This document shows positions 54,129 to 64,000 of a stretch of 64,000 nt of DNA, piece by piece. Under the pieces are notes generated by a model. It worked only from the letters and a program-made list of their open reading frames with translations. It was not told the DNA's origin and did no database searches. Numbering within the stretch: position 1 is the first letter of the stretch; every line of letters starts with the position of its first letter. This stretch comes from Octopus sinensis. Taxonomy: Eukaryota. Both the position numbers and the translations under genes were made by a program. The stretch lies in contig NC_043003.1 in assembly GCF_006345805.1 (NCBI RefSeq), forward strand, positions 61,442,001 to 61,506,000, written 5' to 3'.

Positions 54129-54349
54129 TATATATATATAAAGTGAGAGAGAGAGAGATAGTGATGCAGATGTAATTCCAAGTCCCCAGAAACAGCTGTT
54201 GGACTTGAAATACATGCCTCCCTCCTTAGATTTCTGTATTTTTTGTACTCCATGTAAATTAATTTTGTGAATATATAACTGTTTCTATATACATACATAA
54301 GTGTTCATCTACAGAATATTTTCAGTCCTTATTTCTCTCTATATATATC

Positions 54350-55714
54350 CCTCATCATCATCATCATCATCATCATCGTTTAACGTCCGTTTTCCATGCT
54401 AGCATGGGTTGGACGGTTCGACTGGGGTCTGGGAAGCCAGGAAGCTGCACCAGGCTCCAGTCTGATCTGGCAGTGTGTCTACAGCTGGATGCCCTTCCTA
54501 ATGCCAACCACTCCATGAATGTAGTGGGTGCGTTTTACATGCCACCGGCACAGGTGCCAGGGGAGGCTGGAAGTGGCCACGATCGGTTCGTGCTTTTTAT
54601 GTGCCACCGGCACAGAAGCCAGTCAAGGCGGAACTGGCATCGGCCACGTTCAGATGGTGCTTTTTATGTGCCACTGGCATAGGTATCACAACTACAATTT
54701 CCACTGTGAGGCCCAACATTTGAAGGTCATGCTTGACCACCTCATCCCATGTCTTCCTGGGTTTATCTCTCCCATGGATACCTTCAACTGTTTGGGAGTG
54801 GCACTTCTTCACACATCTCTCCTCATCCATCCATAGTACATGACCATACCAGTGCAAACATCTCTCTTACACACCACATCCGATGCTTCTTATGTCCAGC
54901 ATTTCTCTCAGGGCGCTTACACTCTGTCGTGTGTGCACACTGACATTACACATCCAGTGGATCATGCTAGCTTCATTCCTTTCAAGCCTACGCATGTCCT
55001 CTGCAGTCACAGCCAATGTTTCACTACTGTGAAGCATGGCAGTTCGCACACATGCATCATACAATCTACCTTTCACTCTGAGCGAGAGACCTTTGTCACC
55101 AGTAGGAGTAGAAGCTTTCTAAACTTTACCCAGGCTATTCTTATTCTAGTGGTGACACTCTCTGTGCATCCACCTCCACTACATACCTGGTCACCTAGGT
55201 AGCAGAAACTATCAACTACTTCTAGTTTCTTCCCCTGGAGTGTGATGGAATCTGTTTTCTGAGTATCTGTGGTGTCTATTGCCCCTGTGCATCTGCCACA
55301 CACGAAAGCTATCTTCTCGGTTAATTTTCCTTTAATGTTGCTGCACCTCTTATGTGTCCATAGCTTACACTGGGTACATCTTATGGAGTTTCTACCTACA
55401 CCTTTTCTACAGATCGAGCAGGGCCACCTACCTGATGGGGTATGTGATGAGTTCGCCTTCATACTTACTATAACTTTGGTCTTTGCTACATTTACTCTAA
55501 GGCCTTTTGATTCTAAACCTAGGTTCCACACCCGAAATTGCTTTTCTAGTTCTGGTAGTGATTCTGCTATGAGGGCCAGGTCATCAGCATAGAGGAGCTC
55601 CCAGGGGCAACCCATCTTGAATTCCTCTGTTATTGCCTGGAGGACTATGATGAATAGAAGTGGACTGAAGGCTGAACCTTGGTGAACCCCTACTTCTACC
55701 CAGAATTCTTCACT
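54350..55714 (-). mobile_element. RTE-clade LINE, 5'-truncated and decayed
   Basis: GVHQGSAFSPLLF, LLYADDL, CTQCKLWTHKRCS insert and HWYGHV C-terminus, ending in a family D tail with (GAT)n. Confidence 0.92.
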
Positions 55715-56359
55715 ATATATATATATATATATAGTTACATGTGTATGTGTATGTATGTATGCATGCATGTATGTGTACATGCGTATGTATGCATGTATAT
55801 ATATATATACAGAGGCCCTTCTGTTGTTGTCACAACATCTCTCTACAAGAGGAAAACTCTGAGAGAAAACTTGCATCACTAACAATATTCGATGATGTAG
55901 ACTGGTTCTTTTCCAGTTTATGTTGTCCATGTTCAGAGAGTGGGAGTGGATTTGTGCAAATCTTTTCCCCCACTATAAAAAGTCATCACAAACAGGCATC
56001 GCTTGAAAAAAATGTAAGACCTGTCACAAAAATGGCTGGTCATAGGCTTCGCATGTGTGGGACTTTCAATCAGCTGAAGGCAATACTCAAACATGAGTTT
56101 ACAGCCATCCTGTATGTATGTATGTGTATTTTATGTATTAATCCCAACTGTGTTTCTCTGTACTACTACCTCAACATCAGCTGACCTGGATTCCTCTTAT
56201 AGCCACTCTTTTACTCCACAGATTTAGATCTCAATAAAGACTTCAAAGTATAAGTCCAAATCATTTGAGCACTATAAGTGTTTTCTATATTGAGCATCTC
56301 TGGATCTCACCTGTTCTCCCCACCCTCCCTCTCTCTCTTTATATATATATATTTATTTT

Positions 56360-57330
56360 TTCAAGTATGCTTGTTTGAATCATCACTGTAGAAACAAATC
56401 ATTATGCAGAATATGAACAACCTGGAAAAAAAGACAGCTTGTAGTTTCTCACAATTGTAGAAAAAATATGGGCATTTTTTGCCATAAATATTATCATGGG
56501 TATAAGATAATTACCCAGGATTACAAATTACTGGACAATCAGGAATCTTTTGGCGATCAGTATGTTTCTAGTATTATGTCATGAATATGATTTATGAAAC
56601 TTAACCAGTATTTACATGTGAGAGACACTAGTAGTACCCCAGTATGTGGAAAACCAAACTTTGATCCCTTATTTAAAATAAGACCCCTCATCGACTGCAT
56701 TCAGAATGCATGTAAAACACTTTACAACCCTGAGAGATACTTATCCATAGATGAGGGCATAGTGGGGTTTAGAAGAAGGGTATGCTTCTGACAGTATATG
56801 CCAGGAAAGCCCATGAAGTGGGGTATCAAAGTTTAGAAAATTTGTGAAGCAAATACTGGGTACTGCTGTGGATTTAGTTTTTATACTGGTAAAAGAGACA
56901 ATAATGTTAGTCAGTATGGTCTGGATTTTGTCACTTCCATACCATAACGAGGGCTGTATATTATTTTCTGACCGATTTTTTAGTTCAGTCAAATTTGCAC
57001 TGGATTTAGAAGCTGTGACAACATATACATGTTCTACAGTAATTGCTAGTAGAAAAAGGCTGTCGTTGGATATAAAAAAAAAAGCAAAATTAAAAAGATG
57101 TGAAATAATCCAACGACAGAAAGGAAATCTGCTAGAGACTGCATTCAGAGATAAGAGGCAGATAAATTTTCTATCTACCAGTGGACAACCATGTGTAGCT
57201 GAAAATGGCACCCTGTTTGTGAACATATATTATAACAGGTATATAAGCAGTGTTGATCAGCTGAACCAAATGATGAGTTATTATCTGGTTGTTAGACCAG
57301 GTAATAAATGATGGCAATACCATCATAAAA
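56360..57330 (+). pseudogene. Decayed piggyBac-family transposase
   Basis: ETNHYA, FFAINIIMGI, DPLFKIRPLI, SIDEG, YMPGKPMKWGIK, SDRFFSS, YNRYISSVDQLNQ; several stops and frameshifts. Confidence 0.85.
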
Positions 57331-57794
57331 ATATATTTTATTTACTGATCGATGATGAAATATAATCAAAATGTAGAATCTAGTTGAATGAAGTATTCTA
57401 TGCAAGAAATTCCAGAGATAGGAAATATAGAAATAACAGCTAACTGGTCGCTTTCAGTCATGTGGCATAGAGAAATAGATAGAGATAGCAATGACGTGAA
57501 TGGCTCTAAGTCTAATCGACTAAGAAGTGAAGAGCAGGGTTAGCAAGCTGTTTTTATTAATGGAACGCTAGACATTCTAGAAACTTCTAAGAGAAACGCT
57601 AAGCTTTTTGAATAATTAAGATTCATGTCCCATGACACAGATGCTTTGAGAAACTTCATAAAGGGAGGTTACTCTACAAACCGTCTTGCAAGAGCGATCA
57701 TTCAGCTATTTAGCTACATAAACTACGACAATTCTGATAGAAGAATACCTTTATTATCATTTGGTTTGGGTTTCAAAGTTCAAAATGGACTTTC

Positions 57795-58541
57795 ATATCG
57801 CAGCAAACAGATGACAACACCTTAAATGAAGACCTTCTTTAGCCTGGGGTGCTGGTGTTTCTCCTTCCCCTACACACTGTCTTCGGGGCTTAAAATTTTT
57901 ATAGAGAACCCATTTCTCATCACCAGTCACTATTTGGTCCAAAGAAATTTCGTTTGTGAAACGTAACAGCAAAGAAGAGCACACTTTCACTCTCTGCACA
58001 CGATTAGACTCAGAAAGTTTGTGAGGAACCCATTGACCCAACTTGCTGACTTTTCCAATGGCATGCAGATTCCAATGAATGGTTGAATGACCAAATCCAA
58101 GCTTGTCTGCTAGTTCCTCAACAGATACAATGGGATTTTGTTCCACCAGGATTTGTAGGATGTCCTCGTCAAGCTCTACAGATCTTCCAGGACAAGGCTC
58201 ATCTTCTATGCATTAATTTCCAGCTTGGAATTTCTGACATTGGCTTACGTTTATTGTCCGATCCCCATATACTGTATTAATATTCTTCGCACTTTCCGTT
58301 GCATTGTTGCCTTTATTGAACTCATAAAGCGAAATATGGCGAATATGCCCCTCTGTCACTTCCATTATAGCTTTGAAAAAAATAACTGTTAAAATTGAAC
58401 TGCACTCTTAAAAACTTGCACTAAGAATAAGGTAAAATTACTACCTGCTTTTATAGCAAGTTGATGCAGGTAGTTTAACTCATCCCCTTCCAACTTTTAG
58501 TTCACAATTGTAAACACTGCATTATTTATGGGGTGACCCAA
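57795..58541 (-). mobile_element. Mariner element, 5' half (TIR plus N-terminal transposase)
   Basis: WVPHKL and IVTGDEKWV motifs; candidate TA|TTGGGTCACCCCATAAATAATGCAG terminus at 58541; 3' half missing. Confidence 0.85.
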
Positions 58542-59584
58542 TATATAATATATCCACCCCATACCAGCTTGGACACCATCATCATCATCATTTAACATTG
58601 ATTGTCAATGCTGGTATGGGTTGGACAGTTTGACCAGAGCTGGTAAGGTGAGGGACTGCACTAACTCCAGTCTGATTTGGCATGGTTTCTACAGCTAGAT
58701 GCCTTTTCTAGCATCAATGGATGTTAAATGATGATGAAAAAATGATGCTGATGATGGGCTTTCAGTTTCCATCTATCAAATCTACTCACAAGCTTTGGTC
58801 AGCCCAAGGCTATAGTAGAAGACACCACACAGTTATATACATATGTGTGTATGTGTGTGTGTGTGTGTGTGTGTAAATAAGTATTTATGTATATGTGTGT
58901 GTTTGTGTGTGTCCTTATCTTGAAATCACTTGATTGTTGTTTATGAGTATTATCGTTATACGAGCGAGATCATTCAATTTCAGTCCACTGTGAAAAATAC
59001 ACATCTATTACTGAGGAAATATTACCTTGCTTGGAAACATGACAAGGACTCACGACTGGAAGAGCATATGGCCACAGAAAATCTTCCTCAGCAAATTCAC
59101 TATACCACACATCTAACCACTGGAAGTCTGAAAAAGTGGTGTTAAAATGGTGATAATGAAGATTAATTCCTAAATTATTGCAATTATCTCCCTTTTTAAT
59201 TAATTTTAATTAATCAACAATTTGTCATGTGTCACATTTAGTACCAACCTCACAGTTTAATTTCCTTTTTGAAATTCATGCTATTGGTCTATGTGAGTTA
59301 TTCCCCTTGATGCATTTTTTAATCTTAATCCATTATCATCATCATTTTAACACCCTCTTTCTTCAGTCAGATGAAATTCACTGAGGCAGATTTCCTTTCG
59401 ACTGATTGCCCCTTCCTGTTGCCAACTCACACCGGATTCCGTGTAAGGTGATATTTCCCTCATTGCTGGACATGTTTCCATGGCAGATTGGAAACGATTG
59501 ATACCAACTGTATGACAATGATACTCATGTACAATTATCACATGATGCCAAGAGAAGGAGAAACAACCCTGCCCCTCATACTTA

Positions 59585-60410
59585 TCAACTTCTATTTTTT
59601 CCCCTTGGCATGTGATGGAAGATGTTTTCTGCACATTTTCAGTGTTTATTGCCCCTGAGCATTTGCCACACACAAAAAGTATCTTCCTAGTTAGCCTTCC
59701 TTTGATATTGTTGCACCTCTTCTATGTCCATAGCTTACACCAGGTACATCTTATAGAGTTTCTACCCACACCTTTTCTACAGATCAAACAGGGCCATCTA
59801 CCTGAAGGGATTTGTGATTTGTCTGACTTCCTACTTATTAAGACTTTGGTTTTTACTAGATTGACTCTAAGGCCCTTCAATTCTAGACCTTGCTTCCACA
59901 CCTGAAACTTTTCTAGTTCTGATAGTAACTTAGCTATTAGAGCAAGGTCATCAGCATAGAGAAGCTCCCAAGGGTATCCTGTCTTGAATTCCTCTGTTAT
60001 TGCCTGGTGGACTATGATGAATAAGAGGGGGCTGAGAACTGAACCTTGGTGGAACCCTGCTCCTACCCGGAATTCTTCACTGTGCTCGTTGCCGACCCTC
60101 ACTTCACTGTCAGCATTCCTGTACATGGCTTGTACAGCTCTCACTAACCACTCATCTATCCCTAGTTTCTGCATTGACCACCAGATAAGTGATCGGGGGA
60201 CTCAGTCAAAGGCTTTCTCCATGTCAATGAAAGTCAGGTACAGAGGTTTATCTTTGGCTAAGTATTTCTCCTGCAGTTGTCTTACCAGAAATATAGCATC
60301 AGTGGTGCTTTTGCCTAGCACAAACCCAAACTGCAACTCATCTAAACTAACTCTCTCCCTAATTAGTTATGCTATGACCCTCTTAGTGACTTTCATTACC
60401 TGATCCAACA
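59585..60410 (-). mobile_element. RTE-clade LINE internal RT fragment
   Basis: QFGFVLGKSTTDAIF, FIDMEKAFD, HQGSVLSPLLF, LLYADDL; same family as 54350-55714. Confidence 0.9.
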
Positions 60411-60592
60411 AATTTATATACTCACAAAATGTAAATTGAAAATTTCCGAGAATAAACCAGAATTAAAGTGAACCACAGTCAAAGATTGTGTTTATGGGCA
60501 ATCTCCCAAAATATTAAAACATGCAAATAAATCTGTCCCCATGTTATTCATAACTTTTTTCTATATGTAAAAGATAAGTTAATTGTTAGACA

Positions 60593-60639
60593 ATAGCATG
60601 TTGATGAGGTCAAATAGACTGAAACATGTCCATAGTTAT
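60593..60639 (+). ncRNA. Minimal hammerhead-like motif (C3U)
   Basis: UUGAUGA-GGUC(AAAUA)GACU-GAAA-CAUG-UC; palindromic stem III ACAUGU; stem I about 8 bp with one bulge. Confidence 0.45.
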
Positions 60640-60999
60640 CCCTCGCCTGCAAGCAAAGTTCTGACCTTTTCCCCTTCTCTCTTTAGCATGTAAATTGACT
60701 CTGAGAGTTTAACACTTAATTTCTTGAAATTATCTCCCCTTTTCTTTGAAATTCACCAGCTGTTAGCACTAGGTTTTTGTCTATTTTCTCTAAATTAGAG
60801 GAATATTTCATTTAATCAATTAAATTTTTGCATAATGCATTCAGTAAACCACACTTTAATTAAATTATCCTAATTCATGTCATTTGTCCATTTTAGTTGT
60901 TTCCCTTTTTCAGTGATAGAGAAGATGATAGTTGTAAAGTTAAGTTCATAACTCACTAGATCAATAAAGCACCACTTGAAAATTTAAAATCCGCATGTT

Positions 61000-61500
61000 G
61001 TCATCATCATCATCATCATACCCTCTTCTACCTGCCCCACACTCCCTGCTCCACCTCCCCTCTTCTCCACTTCCTCCCTTGTTCCTCCTCCACTTCCTCC
61101 TCCTCCTCTACTTACTCCTCTGCTTCCTCCTCTACTTCTTCCTCCACTTCTTCCTCTTCCACCCCTTCTTCCTCTCCTCCCCCTTCTTCCTCTCCTCCCC
61201 CTTCTTCCTCTCTTCCTCCTCCCATTCTTCTTCTTCCTCCCCTTCTTCCTCTCCTCCTCCTCCCTTCTCTCTCTCCTCCTCTTCCTCGACCTCCTGATCA
61301 TCATCATCATCACCACCACCACTGCCATCATCATCATCATACTCTTCACTTCCTGCCCCATGCCCCTGCTCCTCTTCTTCCTTCTCTTCTGCATCTCCCC
61401 CTCCGCCTCATTATCATCATCACCACCGCCACTGCTATCATCATTATCACCACCACCACTGCCACTACCACCACCACCTCCATCATCATCATCCTCATCA
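61000..61500. repeat. Polypyrimidine (CCT/CTT) and (CAT/CAC)n low-complexity tract
   Basis: Direct reading. Confidence 0.95.
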
Positions 61501-61916
61501 TTGCTTTATGTCCCTTTTTCCGTGCTGGCATGGGTTAGACAAATCTCTCTGTGTTACACCATTCACACTAGATCTTTGCCATCTGACACACACAGCAGCA
61601 GAGGTAAATTCCAGTCTTTGGTTTTGTTTCAATTATGGACCTCCATCAGCTTGGCTCGTTCTGAAGCTATGCTGAAACATATTTACTAATGAGGTCTGCC
61701 TGTATGGGTAAAAAGCTTGCCCCTTAACCATGTGATCATGAGTCCGACCCCACCATACAGTTCCTTGGGTAAGCATCTTCTGCTATAGCCCTGGGGTGAC
61801 CAAAGCCTTGTGAGTGTATTTTGGAGATAGGAACTGTGTGGAAGCCTACTGTATATGTATTTGTGTGTACGTGTGTGTGTGTGTGTGTGTGTGTCTGTGT
61901 GTGTGTGTGTGTGTGT

Positions 61917-61953
<37 letters not shown>

Positions 61954-62325
61954 TGCACACTTGTCTTGACATCATCATCATCATCGTCATCATCATCATA
62001 GAAGCAGTGTTGTTCATTTCCCATCTTCCATGGTGAAATATTACCTTACTAGGTAACAAATGAGGGTTGGCAACGGGAAGAACATCCTGCCATAGAGATA
62101 TCTGTGTCAACAAAAATTTGGTGTGGCCCATTTACGCATGGGAAAGTAGGCATTAAATGAAGACAGCAATGACGCTGTTGTCGGTGGTTGTGGTGGTGAT
62201 GGTGGTGGTGGTGGTGGTGGTGGTGGCTATGACAGATAGAGGTGGCAATGACAGCAGCAAGAGTGGTGGCAGTTGCAGCTGCAGCAGTGGCAGCAGTTGC
62301 AGTGGCAGTGATGGTAACAGTAACC

Positions 62326-62558
62326 TATTTCTTTACTACCCACAAGGGGCTAAACATAGAGGGGACAAACAAGGACAGACATAGGTATTAAGTCGATTAC
62401 ATCGACCCCAGTGCGTAACTGGTACTTAATTTATCGACCCCGAAAAGATGAAAGGCAAAGTCGACCTTGGCGGAATTTGAACTCACAACGTAACGCAAAC
62501 GAAATACCGCTAAGCATTTCGCCCGGCGTGCTAACGATTCTGCCAGCTCGCCGCCTTA
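62326..62558 (-). mobile_element. SINE family B (young)
   Basis: 17-bp TSD TGATGGTAACAGTAACC at 62309 and 62559. Confidence 0.9.
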
Positions 62559-62719
62559 TGATGGTAACAGTAACCATGACAATGACAGCACTTAATAGAA
62601 CAGAAGTGTTAAACTCATCATCGGAAATTGAACTTCTTCACCATTATGTCACGCTGCACATCATAATTATTCGCCAACTCTAAGCATCATGTATTTTATG
62701 CATGGCATTTAAGGTTCAA

Positions 62720-63155
62720 TACCCACTGCATGTGGGTAGTGGGTAGCGATTTTCTTCACCACTTCAGGGAGTAACATCCCTGCCCGACACGAGTCCCGGA
62801 CTCAGCTGGGTCTGGCTGACAGTACCCGGTATGGGCCCCTATCCAGGGTTATGGAAAGGAGACAACCTTCAAAGAAATCCAGAGTGGAGCCCTGTAAGCG
62901 GTTTAATGTTTGACTTGACACTCTTCTGGCAGCTTCTGCAGCCAAGCTGCTGCCAAACGTAATGCTCTGCACTCCTTTGGACTACGTCAGCAAGGTCAAG
63001 AGAGGAAGCCTGACGATTGGGCTACCCAGGATTTTCTTACATCTAGCCCAGGCCTGTCCAAGACTGGAGAGGACATGAAATGTAAAAACCAGACTGGATT
63101 AGTTTATGCGCAACTCCATTATCTCTCAAGACAAAAGGATGCCAACAACAACAAC
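62720..63155 (+). mobile_element. Possible short RTE-derived non-autonomous element ending in (CAA)n
   Basis: GC-rich non-coding block recalling RTE 5' UTRs (from memory, unverified); CAACAACAAC tail. Confidence 0.3.
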
Positions 63156-63630
63156 CCACTGCATCTATTATTATCAGCCACCAAATACGAGAGGCTGGGT
63201 GTATTTTACCATGCTTCCAGCCCTTGGGATGCTACCTGCAGAAAGTGTAAAAGTCCCACCTCCTTTCTGTCAGTATTTTTTATTCTGAGTCAAACTGCTT
63301 GTTGTTGACTCAATTACTCTTAGATACGAGTGCGAAATAAACTGCATCCATTTGCCAAGTCATGTTGAGTCAATGAGGCAGAGTAGGTTCATCAAACCAG
63401 TATGATCTCAAGCCTTTCTCTGGTGGAGAGAACATGCTGAGGCCCTTATCTGACAATAAACTGAACATGGGCAGTCCAATCCAATCCAATTGCCACCTCC
63501 ATAGGGTGGATTTGAAATCAGTACTGATTTAGGAGCTTCTTTAAAATTGATATTCTGGGTTCAATCCTTCAGTGATATTTGAACAAAACACAAAACTGGA
63601 ACAATTACAGCAAGACTTGTCATTCTACAA

Positions 63631-63948
63631 CATAAGTTCTCAAAGTGGGCGCTACCATCCCCTGGAGAGGTGCTGGTGTCTAAGGGAGCAGTGCAGGGGG
63701 CGAGGGGGTAGAGAAAAAGGTAGCATTGGGAGGACAGCAGTGGATTGGGGGATGCTATGAATTTATAATATTATTATAGTATTGTATACAAATTATATAA
63801 TAATACATTAAATATCAAATGATTCATAGTATATATAAATTAGAAAAATATAAATATTTATTTACGCATAAAAATAGGGGTGGGGACGCTGAGGGTATTA
63901 TGTGGCCATGAGGGGGTGGCGGTGGCCCCAAATGTTTAAGAACCTCTG
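63631..63948. mobile_element. hAT Charlie-like MITE
   Basis: Degenerate TIRs; TSD TTCTACAA / TTCTAGAA. Confidence 0.65.
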
Positions 63949-64000
63949 TTCTAGAATGTTCTGCTGAATCTGCCAATTTGCCTCTTCAGTAGGTTTATAT

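Noticed and set aside
53894-64000. Further tektin exons (the RPNVELCRD region)
   Set aside because: No matching reading frame with splice sites was found by eye; these exons probably lie beyond the window.

Overview
AT-rich, intron- and repeat-dense animal DNA. The SINE/LINE repertoire suggests a coleoid cephalopod, probably Octopus (inference, not verified by search). Two protein-coding genes lie head-to-head. (1) A complete 7-exon ATRAID/APR-3 orthologue on the minus strand (ATG 35463, stop 5261; I reconstructed a 225-aa protein with consistent splice phases). (2) The 5' part of a tektin-B1/TEKT2-like gene on the plus strand (putative non-coding exon ending 35741; coding exons 47176-47586, 50864-51078, 53671-53893; the remaining exons were not found in the window). 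Their shared ~280-bp intergenic region holds a perfect palindromic RFX X-box, an NF-Y CCAAT box, an MITF/TFE-type E-box and a palindromic TATA. The introns are filled with three tRNA-headed SINE families (here called A, B, C), RTE-LINE 3' ends (D), RTE and CR1-type LINE fragments, hAT MITEs, and decayed mariner, piggyBac and hAT transposases. Two things are not explained by the ORF track. First, several minimal type-I hammerhead-ribozyme-like motifs, including one with a canonical core (19777-19843) and one with a compensatory G3:C8 core (50071-50125). Second, a 706-bp TIR element whose right terminus has been amplified into twelve near-identical 51-bp units (28194-28899). All coordinates were counted by hand; repeat boundaries are approximate.
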